Source of the DNA: an uncultured Acidobacteriota bacterium
GTDB taxonomy: Bacteria; Acidobacteriota; Thermoanaerobaculia; Gp7-AA8
Length of the DNA stretch: 64,000 nucleotides
Assembly: GCA_963822445.1 (NCBI GenBank)
Contig: CAWGHO010000001.1
Coordinates: 544,001-608,000, forward strand
Direction: 5' to 3'
Position 1 is the stretch's first letter, and each line of letters opens with the position of its first letter. Positions 34,662 through 44,471 of this stretch are shown one piece after another. The notes below the pieces were generated by a model, which was given only the letters and a program-made list of their open reading frames with translations, ran no database searches and was not told the origin of the DNA. Both the position numbers and the translations under genes were made by a program.

Positions 34662-35846
34662 CTACGGATTGGTGATGTGATCGAACAGCACTGGCTCGAG
34701 GTCGACCCGCGAGAGTTGCGACAGCCATCGCGGAACCGTGATCAATCGGCCTGAGGAGACCCACCAGTTGTACGCGCTGGCGATGATCATCGAGCGCGCG
34801 GTGATCTCCTCCGGGTTCGGATGGAGAAGAACGATTCGCTTTCGCGGATTGTCCATCCACGTCTCCAGCCGGAGATTGATCGCGGCATCTCCCCACCCGT
34901 AGCCGCACATCAGCATCACGTCACAGTTGCGAAGGGCCTCCTGAAATCGGAACAAGAGATCGAGATAGACACCATGCTGGTAGCGGATGGCCTTGTTACC
35001 GCCGGTCAGGAACGATGCCTCCTGAATCCAAGGCTGCAGCATGTTTCTTTTGCCATCCATCACATGGCTGCCGTCGTTGCGCCGAATGACGGCGGTCCGC
35101 GGCAGTCCGTCGACCACGAATCGATACCAACTGATCGAACCGTGAAGTTTGAAGAGCCGTATCGGCATTCGATCGACGACGTCGTAGATCTGGTCGTCGT
35201 ACCAACGGACGTCGCCGTCCGGGGGTCCGAATCCGTCCGCCAACTCTACGCCTCGCTCCTCCATCAGTTGCTCGACGAGCGTGTCGTGGTTCAGTGTCAC
35301 GATGTTCAACTGTTCTATCCGCTCGGAACGGGCCAAGTCCACGATTAGATCCATCCCGGCCGGCTCTCTTCCCCGCAAAATCGTGGTCGTGGCCGACTGG
35401 ATGAACAGCCGGGCTTCGCGCGCCAGCAGGCCCAGATCATCCAGCCGAGCGGCGAGACTCGCGCCGCTGAGAAGCCGTCGCGCGCGACGCTCCAACGCCT
35501 TCATGAATGGCGTGAGTGTCGAGTTGTCGGCCAGGCCGATTCGCCAGTTTGCCATCTCCTCGCACATGTAAAACAAGTCCTCGTACGACGTCGGCCCCCG
35601 GAAAAGCGTCCTGGTCCGCTTCGTGTCGCGAGTATCGAAGTCGGCCATGATCTGCAGCAGGTTCTCGACCCGCTGCCGCAGCTCACCGGCCCCGAGTCGC
35701 GGAGGGAGCGAGTCCGCATCCAGAGAGAGCGCCGACGAGCCCAGAATGGCTTTCGTTAGTTCTCCCGCCAATGGCAGTCCCGAAGCCCTGGAGATGCCAG
35801 ACCCGAGAAACAGTATTAATTTCACTCGCCGAGCCGGGTGTTTCAT
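34662..35846 (-). CDS. Stand-alone SIR2-like (SIR2_2) protein
   Basis: LFLGSGIS..SGLP, IVTLNHD, LFKLHGS, GYGWGD. Confidence 0.85.
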   Translation of the reverse strand: MKHPARRVKLILFLGSGISRASGLPLAGELTKAILGSSALSLDADSLPPRLGAGELRQRVENLLQIMADFDTRDTKRTRTLFRGPTSYEDLFYMCEEMANWRIGLADNSTLTPFMKALERRARRLLSGASLAARLDDLGLLAREARLFIQSATTTILRGREPAGMDLIVDLARSERIEQLNIVTLNHDTLVEQLMEERGVELADGFGPPDGDVRWYDDQIYDVVDRMPIRLFKLHGSISWYRFVVDGLPRTAVIRRNDGSHVMDGKRNMLQPWIQEASFLTGGNKAIRYQHGVYLDLLFRFQEALRNCDVMLMCGYGWGDAAINLRLETWMDNPRKRIVLLHPNPEEITARSMIIASAYNWWVSSGRLITVPRWLSQLSRVDLEPVLFDHITNP

Positions 35847-36100
35847 GCAGCCATTCTGAACCGCCAAAGAGAGCGGATTCGAGGCTCTCCGAAATACGGA
35901 CAACATCGATGATCCTGAGGTGGGCCGACCCCAGCAAGTGATCGGTCATAAAAATCTGCCGCGAAAGCGCGCGATGTTTCACATTCCAGCGCGAACGTGC
36001 CACAAAAAAACATGAAAGCGGCGGCGGAACCGCACCCCCACCGCCTGAAATTGTCAGAACCCTTGCCCGGCGGAGTCGTAAGAGAGTCAAGAATCCCTGC

Positions 36101-38197
36101 ATGCCCCGACCGAGGCTCTTCCTCTCCGCGATTGCTGTGGTCTGTTTGTCGGCGACTCTCCACGCCGGCGAGCCGTCTCACGTCAAAGCCGCGCTGATTC
36201 CGGAAGCCCGGACCATCGCCCCCGGCACGCCGTTCTCGGTGGCCGTGCGCCTGAAAATGGACCCGCGGTGGCACACGTACTGGATCAACCCCGGCGACTC
36301 CGGCGCCCCCACGGAAATCAAGTGGGACCTTCCGCCCGGTTTTGAGGCCGGGCCGATTCAGTGGCCCTACCCTGAGCGCATTGAGGTCCCGCCGCTGGTC
36401 AGCTTCGGGTATGAGGGTGAGGCCGCGCTCCTCGTCCGGATCACGCCCCCGCGCGACCTGAAGATGGGGCAGCGCGTCCGTCTCGCCGCGCACGTGAGCT
36501 GGCTGGAATGCGAGGAGCTGTGCCTCCCCGGAGAAGCCACGGTCAGCGCCGTCGTCCACACGGGACCGAACGTCGAAAACGACCCCACGCTCGCCAGATT
36601 CTTCTCCGAGGCGCGCGCACGGCTTCCGCTCGATTCGGGCGACTGGAGTTTTGCGGCCGCGCCGGGCCGCGGATTCGTACGACTGAGCGCGACGCCGCCA
36701 CTCTGGCTCAAGGAACCCGTGGCCGACGCGAAGTTTTTTCCGGAAACGGTCGGCCAGTTTTCGAATGGACGCAGTCGCTGGGATCGCGGGGCGGGCGCCT
36801 ACGTCATGGATCTTCCCCTGTCGGACGAGTCGACGTCGCCGATTCGCCGGCTGACCGGCGTCCTCGTGTCGAAATCGGGGTGGCGAGGTCCCGGATCCGA
36901 GCGCGCCATCCGTGTGGACGCCGACATCGCCGGCAACGCGGGCCTCATCGCTGGCCCGGCGACGAGCGCCTCCGGCTCAGGCCTCGTGGGCGCCATCGGT
37001 CTCGCCTTCATCGGCGGACTGATCCTCAATCTGATGCCCTGCGTGTTTCCGGTCCTTTCCATCAAGGTGCTCTCCCTCGTTGGCCAGGCCGACGCGCCGA
37101 CGCGAGCCCGGATGAGAAACGCGGGCGCCTACAGCCTCGGCGTCCTGGTCGCTTTCTGGGCCCTGGCCGGCCTTCTCATTGCCCTCCGGGCAGGGGGCGA
37201 ACAGCTCGGATGGGGTTTCCAGCTCCAATCGCCGCCGGTGATCGCCGGCCTGGCGTCGCTGTTCTTCCTGATCGCTCTGAATCTTTTCGGCGTATTCGAA
37301 GTGGGTGTGTCGCTCGCGCGGCTCGGTGGGAAGAGCGGCGAAGGCGCCGGCGGCTCCTTTTCAACCGGTCTGCTGGCCACGCTCGTCGCCACCCCGTGCA
37401 CCGCCCCGTTCATGGGTTCTGCCCTCGGCTTCGCGCTGACGCAGCAGGCCCCCGCGGCGCTGGCGATCTTCACGTCTCTGGGAGCCGGGATGGCCGCGCC
37501 GTTTGTCGTGCTGGCCGCCTCCCCGCGGCTGCTCCGGTTTCTCCCCCGCCCCGGCGCCTGGATGGAAACGATGAAGCAGGCGCTCGGGTTTCTCCTCGCG
37601 GCCACCGTGGTGTGGCTGGCGTGGGTGCTCGGCCAACAGACTGGGTCCGACGGCATCACGATGCTCCTCGCGGCGCTGGTCGTACAGGCCGTCGGCGCCT
37701 GGGTCCTGGGCAAATGGGCGGTTTTGACGCGGAGCGCCGTTGTTCGAACGGCAGCGGCAATCGTGGCGGCCGTTCTCATTGTCGGCAGCGCCGCCGCGGC
37801 GGTGAAGCTGGCCGGCACCGCCGAGCGTCCAGCCCTCCAGTCGACCGCCACGGAGATATGGGAACCCTACAGCGAGGCCCGCGTGAACGAGCTGCGCGCG
37901 GCGGGCCGGCCGGTGTTCGTGGACTTCGGCGCGGCCTGGTGCCTGACCTGCCAGGTGAATGAGCGTGTCGCATTGTCGGCCGCGCCGGTCCTGGCGAAAT
38001 TCGGGGAGAAGAATGTGGCGACGCTCAAGGCGGATTGGACGTCCCGCGACCCCGCCATCACCGAGGCGCTCAGGAAATTGGGGCGCAGCGGCGTGCCCAC
38101 ATACGTCTTGTACGCGAAGGATCCGTCGGCCCCTCCCCGGCTTCTCCCGGAGGTCCTCACGCCGACGCTCGTCATCAACGCTTTGGACAAACTCTGA
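36101..38197 (+). CDS. dsbD: Thiol:disulfide interchange protein, DsbD family
   Basis: WHTYWINPGDSG, LNLMPCVFPV, TPCTAPFMG, AAWCLTCQVNE. Confidence 0.9.
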   Translation: MPRPRLFLSAIAVVCLSATLHAGEPSHVKAALIPEARTIAPGTPFSVAVRLKMDPRWHTYWINPGDSGAPTEIKWDLPPGFEAGPIQWPYPERIEVPPLVSFGYEGEAALLVRITPPRDLKMGQRVRLAAHVSWLECEELCLPGEATVSAVVHTGPNVENDPTLARFFSEARARLPLDSGDWSFAAAPGRGFVRLSATPPLWLKEPVADAKFFPETVGQFSNGRSRWDRGAGAYVMDLPLSDESTSPIRRLTGVLVSKSGWRGPGSERAIRVDADIAGNAGLIAGPATSASGSGLVGAIGLAFIGGLILNLMPCVFPVLSIKVLSLVGQADAPTRARMRNAGAYSLGVLVAFWALAGLLIALRAGGEQLGWGFQLQSPPVIAGLASLFFLIALNLFGVFEVGVSLARLGGKSGEGAGGSFSTGLLATLVATPCTAPFMGSALGFALTQQAPAALAIFTSLGAGMAAPFVVLAASPRLLRFLPRPGAWMETMKQALGFLLAATVVWLAWVLGQQTGSDGITMLLAALVVQAVGAWVLGKWAVLTRSAVVRTAAAIVAAVLIVGSAAAAVKLAGTAERPALQSTATEIWEPYSEARVNELRAAGRPVFVDFGAAWCLTCQVNERVALSAAPVLAKFGEKNVATLKADWTSRDPAITEALRKLGRSGVPTYVLYAKDPSAPPRLLPEVLTPTLVINALDKL

Positions 38198-38221
38198 TCA
38201 CACAGCAAGAAAGGACCTCAC

Positions 38222-38881
38222 ATGAAGAAAGCCGTGATTCTCGTTCTCGCCGTCATTGTTTTGGGCGCCCTGGCCTGGGCTATCACCGCCAAGGTGTCCA
38301 ATGCGGTCAAGACCGAGGAATTCGCCAATGCGTTGAAGGAACCAGCCGTCGGAAGCCCGGCCCCCGCGTTCACGCTGACCGACACCAGCGGAAAGCAGCA
38401 CAACCTCGCCGACTTCAAGGGCAAGCACGTGGTGCTGGAGTGGGTCAACTTCGGATGTCCGTTCGTGAAGAAGCACTACGAGAGCGGGAACATGCAGTCG
38501 ACGCAGAAGAAGGCCGTCGACAAGGGCGTCGTCTGGCTGTCGGTGTGCAGCTCGACTGACGGGAAGCAGGGCCACATGGATCCAGCCGACTGGAACGAGG
38601 AGATCGTCGACCGGAAGTTGTCCTCCACCGCGGTGCTGCTCGACGAGAGCGGCGCGGTCGGGAAGACCTACGGCGCGAAGACGACGCCCCACATGTACAT
38701 CGTCAATCCCGACGGCATCCTGATCTACAAGGGCGCGATCGACGACAAGCCGAACACCAACAAGGACAGCATCGCCGGCGCCAGGAACCACGTTCTTGCC
38801 GCGCTCGACGAGTCGATGGCCGGCAAACCGGTGTCCACGGCCAGCACGACGCCTTACGGGTGCTCGGTGAAATACAAGTAA
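38222..38881 (+). CDS. Thioredoxin-fold redoxin (AhpC/TSA-like)
   Basis: APAFTL, VVLEWVNFGCPFVKKHY, TTPHMY, YGCSVKY. Confidence 0.9.
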   Translation: MKKAVILVLAVIVLGALAWAITAKVSNAVKTEEFANALKEPAVGSPAPAFTLTDTSGKQHNLADFKGKHVVLEWVNFGCPFVKKHYESGNMQSTQKKAVDKGVVWLSVCSSTDGKQGHMDPADWNEEIVDRKLSSTAVLLDESGAVGKTYGAKTTPHMYIVNPDGILIYKGAIDDKPNTNKDSIAGARNHVLAALDESMAGKPVSTASTTPYGCSVKYK

Positions 38882-38903
38882 GCGGAGCTAGTTAAGGCGA
38901 GCG

Positions 38904-39003
38904 CCCCCTCATCCACCTTCTCCCCTCAACGAGGGGAGAAGGGTCTCGCGAGTGCCCCTCGCCCCGCTTGCGGGGAGAGGGTGGCCAAAGGCCGGGTGAG
39001 GGG
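38904..39003. repeat. Two-hairpin REP-like element between convergent genes, overlapping the regulator's 3' end
   Basis: CCTTCTCCCCTC-AAC-GAGGGGAGAAGG and CCCTCGCCCCGC-TT-GCGGGGAGAGGG...GGCCGGGTGAGGGG. Confidence 0.75.
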
Positions 39004-41751
39004 TCGCGCGCCGACGCGCGCCAGTTCGGCCTCTGCCTGTTCCACGCCCTGCTGGTTCCTGAGCGAGGCCGCGATCTCGCGCGCCGCGAGCGCGCATTCG
39101 CGCGCTCCGTCGGAGTCGCCGCACGCGATTTTCAATCGCGCCATGTCGGTGAGAACGCGAAACTCGTCGTCGCGGTCGCCGATGCGGCGGATCATCGTCA
39201 GCGCGCGATCCAGCAGTACCGCCGACTCGCCGAGCGCGCCCGTTTCACAGCGCGCCCGGCCGAGCAGCCAGAGGCATTCAGCCTCGCAATGCGCGTCGCC
39301 GATCGACTTGAGCTGGGAGATCGCGCGCGTGAGGAACGAGACCGCTTCGTCGTGTTGCCGCAACCCGAGGTGGGCCTGGCCGATGCCCATGTTCGCCTTG
39401 GCCTCGCCGTTCACGTCGCCGACGGTCGCCGAGTCGGCGCGCGCGCGGGTCGCGAGCTCGATCGCCTTCTGGTACTCGCCGCGCGAGAGATGGGTCCAGT
39501 GCAGGCGGCGCAGCAGCATCGCGCGCTCGCGGATCGCGCCGGCGCGGTCGTGATATTCGAGCGCACGCCCAAGCAGCTCGGCCCCCTCCTCGTACTCGCC
39601 GCGCAGCGCGAGCGACCAGCCGACGATACCGTCGGCGAGCGCCGAGAGCTCCGCGGTGGGCTGTTTGGCGTGCAGCTCCTCGACCAGCGACGCGGCGCGC
39701 TCATAGCGCCCGGTCGCGGCTTCGACGGCCGCGAGGTGCACGAGCGTGCGCGCAATGGCGGGACGGTTGTCGCGCTCGAGAAAGAAAGCGAGCGCCTGTG
39801 TCAGCGAAGCCCGCGCGGCCGGGTAATCGCTCAGCGCGTGCTCGGTCAGGCCGCGAAGAAACAGCGCCCGTCCGTCCTCAGCCGCAATCGCAACCGCGCG
39901 ATCGAGGACCGTCAACGACTCGCGCAGACGTCCTGCCGCACGCCACGTCTCGCCGAGGGCGAGCAATAGCTCGATCGACTCGCCGCTGCCGAGCGTGAGC
40001 CCGTGTGACGTTTTTTCGGCGCGCTCGACGAGCACGACCGCCTTCCGCCATTCCGAACGGCTGCTCGCCGCGCGCCACGCGCGCATGCCCGCTTCGAACG
40101 CGCGCCGCTGATCCCCTGCCGCCAGGTAATGCGCCGCAAGCGCCTCGGCCACACGTTCGCTTTCCGCGCCGTACACCGATTGCAGCGCGGCCGCGGCACG
40201 CGCGTGCAGCTCACGCCGGCGGCGCACCGGAACCGCGTCGTACACCACATGCCGCAGGATCGAGTGCTGGAACCGGCAGTCCTCTCCCGGACTGAGGGCT
40301 TGGATCGAAAGCACTCCGCCGCGCACGCCTTCGCTGAGCACCGCTTCGACGTCCGCAACCGTGGCGCCGGTGATGGCGCAGAGCGTCTCGACATGAAACT
40401 CGTCGCCGATCACCGACGCGTACTCGAGCATCCCGCGCACGTGTTCCGGCAGACGATCGATCTTCGCGCGCGCGGCGGTGAGGATCGTTTCCGGCAGCGG
40501 GCGGTCGCGCACGCCGTTCCACCGCCAGCTACGCGACGCGTCCGGCGCGATTGCTCCCACGGCGACGAGATGCCGCAGCGTTTCGACCAGAAAATATGGA
40601 TTGCCTCCGGTCAGTCCATACAGCGTCTCGACGTCGCCCGGCGGCACTTCCCCACGGCGGCGGATGCCGAAGATCCTGCCGATCACGTCGCGGCAATCCT
40701 GCTCGGCGAGACGCTGCAGACGCAACGTCGTATACGTCCGGCGCAACGCCTGGTCGGCGAGCCAAGTCCGTACTCGATGATCGCCGCTCTCGACCTCGTC
40801 GGAACGAATGACGAGGACGACCATCAACGGCTCGCTGCTGATCATCCGCATGAGGCAGCCGAGAATGTCGAGACTGGCCGGATCGGCCCACTGCAGATCG
40901 TCGAGCGCGAGGACGATCGGCTGTCGCCGGCTCAGCGCGAGCCACGCGCGGCAGATCGGAACGATGAAGCGGAAGTGATCGCCTGTCTGGCCGCCGGCGA
41001 TCTCGCCGCGATTCGATTCTTCGAACAGCTCCGCCGGCAAACGGATCCCGCACGCGGCTTCGATCGAGTCGCGGAGCGGCGTGCCGTCGGGCGGCTTGCC
41101 GTTGATCACGGCGGTGCGCAGGAGATCGATGAACAGCTCGTACGGCGCGAGGCGCGCGCCGCGGTAGTCGAAGAAGCGGCCGTACAGCGAGATCGCCCCC
41201 TGCTGAACCGTCCATCTCCGGAAGTGCCGCACGAGCTGGGTCTTCCCGATTCCGGCCTCGCCCGTGATCGCAACGGGCCGCGGCGAGCCTTCGAGCGCGC
41301 TGAGAAACTCGGCGCGCAGTGTGAGGAGCTCGGTGTCGCGCGCGGCGAGCTGGTCGTAGCTCGGTACGAGCTCGACCATCGACTGGCCAGGCGTCGCACT
41401 GACAATTTTTGGCGCCGCGTTGTCAACGCGTGTCACCGGTGCGATGAAGCGATAGCCGCGGCCGTGATAGGTGGCGATGAAGCGCGACTGCTCGGCGTCG
41501 TCGCCGATGGTGCGGCGGATCTGGGAGACGGCTTTCTTCAGCACGCCGGCCGTGGTGAAGACGTCGGACCACACTTCCTCCAGAAGCTCTTCCTTCGAGA
41601 GCACGCGGTCGTTGTGCTCGACGAGATAGCGCAGCACCCGCACGGCGCGAGGCTCGAGCGCCACGACGTCGCCGCCGCGATAGAGGAGCTCGATGCCTTG
41701 CGGGAGATGAAAGGCACCGAACTGCAGGACCGATCCGTCCGCGTGATTCAT
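38926..41751 (-). CDS. wHTH (CadC/OmpR-like) - AAA/STAND ATPase - TPR regulator
   Basis: LSKEELLEEVW...IATYHGRGYRF, GEAGIGKT, LDDLQWAD, GGNPYF, C-terminal TPRs. Confidence 0.9.
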   Translation of the reverse strand: MNHADGSVLQFGAFHLPQGIELLYRGGDVVALEPRAVRVLRYLVEHNDRVLSKEELLEEVWSDVFTTAGVLKKAVSQIRRTIGDDAEQSRFIATYHGRGYRFIAPVTRVDNAAPKIVSATPGQSMVELVPSYDQLAARDTELLTLRAEFLSALEGSPRPVAITGEAGIGKTQLVRHFRRWTVQQGAISLYGRFFDYRGARLAPYELFIDLLRTAVINGKPPDGTPLRDSIEAACGIRLPAELFEESNRGEIAGGQTGDHFRFIVPICRAWLALSRRQPIVLALDDLQWADPASLDILGCLMRMISSEPLMVVLVIRSDEVESGDHRVRTWLADQALRRTYTTLRLQRLAEQDCRDVIGRIFGIRRRGEVPPGDVETLYGLTGGNPYFLVETLRHLVAVGAIAPDASRSWRWNGVRDRPLPETILTAARAKIDRLPEHVRGMLEYASVIGDEFHVETLCAITGATVADVEAVLSEGVRGGVLSIQALSPGEDCRFQHSILRHVVYDAVPVRRRRELHARAAAALQSVYGAESERVAEALAAHYLAAGDQRRAFEAGMRAWRAASSRSEWRKAVVLVERAEKTSHGLTLGSGESIELLLALGETWRAAGRLRESLTVLDRAVAIAAEDGRALFLRGLTEHALSDYPAARASLTQALAFFLERDNRPAIARTLVHLAAVEAATGRYERAASLVEELHAKQPTAELSALADGIVGWSLALRGEYEEGAELLGRALEYHDRAGAIRERAMLLRRLHWTHLSRGEYQKAIELATRARADSATVGDVNGEAKANMGIGQAHLGLRQHDEAVSFLTRAISQLKSIGDAHCEAECLWLLGRARCETGALGESAVLLDRALTMIRRIGDRDDEFRVLTDMARLKIACGDSDGARECALAAREIAASLRNQQGVEQAEAELARVGARPLTRPLATLSPQAGRGALARPFSPR

Positions 41752-41871
41752 GACGAGGTTTCAGGACCGCCGGAAATAAATGGAGATGGCTTGGCGGGGG
41801 TCCATACGCAAGCGACGTGCCGCGCGGGTGCGACGCATCCGGCTTGCTGCCCACGAATACAATGTTCCGGA

Positions 41872-43104
41872 TTGGCTGACATATTCATCAGTTACGCGCG
41901 CGAGGACCGCGAGCGGGCCCACGAGATCGCGGACGCGCTCGGGGAGCGCGGGTGGTCGGTCTGGTGGGATCCCCAGATGCTCGGGGGAAGCCAGTATCCA
42001 GACGTCATCGAGCGCGAGCTGGGCGCGGCACGCTGCGTCGTGCTCGTGTGGTCGGCTAGCGCAGCGCGCTCGCGCTGGGTCAAGAACGAGGCGCGTCACG
42101 CGGCGGAGCGGGGAGTGCTCATCCCCGTCTTCATCGACGAAACACAGCTACCGATCGCCTTCAACGATCTTCACGCGATCAATCTCTCCGACTGGAGCGC
42201 CGGAACGGCTGCGCCGGAAATGGAGAGCCTGCTGCGGTCGGTCGCGGCGTTGGTCACGCCCTCCGGCGGCTCGCGAATCGCCGCCGCTCCGTCCGTCGCG
42301 GTCGCCGGCTCCAGGCGCTTCCCACGCTCCGGCTACATCGGCATCGCTGCATTCGTCATCGCGTTGATCGTCATCGCCGCCATCACCCTGAAGCCGAAGC
42401 GGTCGCCGGACGTCGTCTCTGTGCCGACCGACACCGTGAAAACGAGCGATCCCGCGCACACGACGCAGCCGCCGCCGGCGACCGATACGACGGTGACACG
42501 CAATCCTCCCGTGACCGATACGGATCGTCCGTCCGACCGCCTGCCCTACGGCGCACGCGCGGTTGGAATCCTGATGTCGGAGGGACGCGCGCGGTGCACC
42601 GCATTCCTGATCAGCGCTGACGTCGCCGTCACGGCCGCCCACTGCGTGAAAGACAAGCCGCGGCCACTGGTCATCCGCCTCGGATACATCGACGAAGACG
42701 CGTCCCCTCGTGATTACGCGGTGGAACGGGTCCTCGTTCAGAACGAGAGCGAGGCGGTACTCAGGCTCAGCGGCACTCCGGGACGAACATTCACTCCCCT
42801 CAGCTATCGGAGCCGGGTCGCCCGCGTCGGAGACGATGCAACACTCCTTCACCACGATGATGGAAAGGCGCTCCGGGTCAGCAAATGCAAAATGGTGGCG
42901 GTTCGCACGGACGAACTTCAATATCGCTGTACGACCCGCGCGGGCGCTTCCGGCGGTCCGCTCCTCGCCGCCAATGGCGCTCTGCTCGGATTTCACTACG
43001 GGTCCGTGAGCCGGGCCGATCCCGATCTGAAGCACGGCGTTCCGACGTCCGTGTTCATCGGCTCGATTCGGCCGTACTGGGCGTTTACGGTCAAGGCCGA
43101 GTGA
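41872..43104 (+). CDS. TIR domain - transmembrane helix - trypsin-like serine protease
   Basis: TTG start; DIFISYAREDR...WVKNEA (TIR); TM YIGIAAFVIALIVIAAITL; Pro/Thr linker; TAAHC and GASGGP. Confidence 0.88.
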   Translation: MADIFISYAREDRERAHEIADALGERGWSVWWDPQMLGGSQYPDVIERELGAARCVVLVWSASAARSRWVKNEARHAAERGVLIPVFIDETQLPIAFNDLHAINLSDWSAGTAAPEMESLLRSVAALVTPSGGSRIAAAPSVAVAGSRRFPRSGYIGIAAFVIALIVIAAITLKPKRSPDVVSVPTDTVKTSDPAHTTQPPPATDTTVTRNPPVTDTDRPSDRLPYGARAVGILMSEGRARCTAFLISADVAVTAAHCVKDKPRPLVIRLGYIDEDASPRDYAVERVLVQNESEAVLRLSGTPGRTFTPLSYRSRVARVGDDATLLHHDDGKALRVSKCKMVAVRTDELQYRCTTRAGASGGPLLAANGALLGFHYGSVSRADPDLKHGVPTSVFIGSIRPYWAFTVKAE

Positions 43105-43236
43105 CTGACATTTTCGTGAGCTGCGCGCGGCCGTAACCAACCGCGCCCCTACGGATCACCAAACCGGGACCATCGCGTCACTACCTGCCCGCCGCGAATT
43201 CTTAGATTCCTCCCATTCGGTTCAAAGGAGGAATTC

Positions 43237-44454
43237 ATGAAGAGAACGAAGTGGTTGGCCGGCGCGGCTCTCGCGCTACTCATTACCGCCCCGCTGCACG
43301 CGGATCAGGCGCTCATCCCCCTCGGGCAGTTGATGGGGCGCGCCGAGGCGATCCTGATCGGGCGCGTCACCGAGACGCGGCCCGCCGGGGGCGGCACGTA
43401 TCTGATGACCGTGGCGGTCGAGCAGACCCTCAAAGGCGCACCTCTGGAGAGTGTTCAGATCGTCGCCAGCTCGGAAGATCCCGCGTACATCCCGCCGCTC
43501 TCGGCGGGTGTGCGCATCCTCACCTTCCTGGAGCCGCGCACGCTTCAGCCGGTGGCCGGCCAGCAAGGCGTCCAGGTGCTCGCCAGCGACAACTCGGCGC
43601 GCGTCGCGAGCGGGATCGTGAGCACGGCGCTCGCCAAAGGCATCGCGCTGCAGTTGCGCGACGTCGCGGCGTACCTCGGCTCGCGCGAAAGGCTGCCGAA
43701 GCTCGTCGGACCGCTGCTCGAAGAGCTGTCGACCCACGTGACGGCATCCGCCGACAGCCCGCAACTGGCACAGTTCGCGTGCGACGGCAGCGTGATGCCG
43801 TCCGTCCAACTCTGGGCCATCGGACAGTCGGGACGGCTGCAGATCGCTGCCGCGCGTCCATGCCTGGAATCGCTGGTCGGCGATCCGACGAACCGCGGCA
43901 CGCGCATCGCCGCTGCCAGCGCCCTCGGCGATCTGAAGATGCGCGAGAGCGTGCCGGTCCTGCTGACGCTGATCGCGCCGCTCCCCGGTCATCAGACCGG
44001 CAGCACCACCGGCGACGAAGAGGCGCCGCCCGTGCATCCGGCGAGCGATCCGGAAGACGTGTCGTCGCCGGTTGCCGATCCGGACGAGCGCGGCAGCGGC
44101 GTGGCCATCGACGACGAGCGTCCGGGAACGCCGTCCACGCTTCCCGACGGAGAGGTCGAGCCCGATGGCGTGCCGAGCGACGACGTCCTGAGCCGCCGCG
44201 CCGACGGAGGCCTCTCCGATGCCGCAGTGCTGGCCCTCGGCAAAATCGGAGATCCCGCCGCGGTGGGCGATCTGTTCCGGGTCGCCGGCGAGGGGGATGA
44301 CCTCTCGCTCCACTCCACCGTTGTCGTGGCCCTCGGTCTGATCGGCGGCACGCCGGTCATCGAACCGTTGACCTCCATCAGCAAATCGCATCCGAACGAT
44401 CTCGTTCGCGAGCTGGCCGGCCAGACGCTGGGCCGGCTCCAGACGAAACAGTGA
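43237..44454 (+). CDS. Secreted HEAT-repeat protein
   Basis: AGGAGG RBS, signal peptide, AASALGDL, AVLALGKIGD, VVALGLIG; acidic insertion. Confidence 0.75.
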   Translation: MKRTKWLAGAALALLITAPLHADQALIPLGQLMGRAEAILIGRVTETRPAGGGTYLMTVAVEQTLKGAPLESVQIVASSEDPAYIPPLSAGVRILTFLEPRTLQPVAGQQGVQVLASDNSARVASGIVSTALAKGIALQLRDVAAYLGSRERLPKLVGPLLEELSTHVTASADSPQLAQFACDGSVMPSVQLWAIGQSGRLQIAAARPCLESLVGDPTNRGTRIAAASALGDLKMRESVPVLLTLIAPLPGHQTGSTTGDEEAPPVHPASDPEDVSSPVADPDERGSGVAIDDERPGTPSTLPDGEVEPDGVPSDDVLSRRADGGLSDAAVLALGKIGDPAAVGDLFRVAGEGDDLSLHSTVVVALGLIGGTPVIEPLTSISKSHPNDLVRELAGQTLGRLQTKQ

Positions 44455-44471
44455 GTAAGAAAGAAAGAGCC

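Noticed and set aside
40129-41871. N-terminal part of the 991-aa ORF 40129-43104
   Set aside because: Antisense to the wHTH-STAND-TPR gene; the TIR protein starts near 41872
34662-43104. Canonical Thoeris system (SIR2 + TIR)
   Set aside because: The genes are 6 kb apart and not operonic, the SIR2 protein shows no recognisable SLOG domain, and the TIR is a membrane protease fusion
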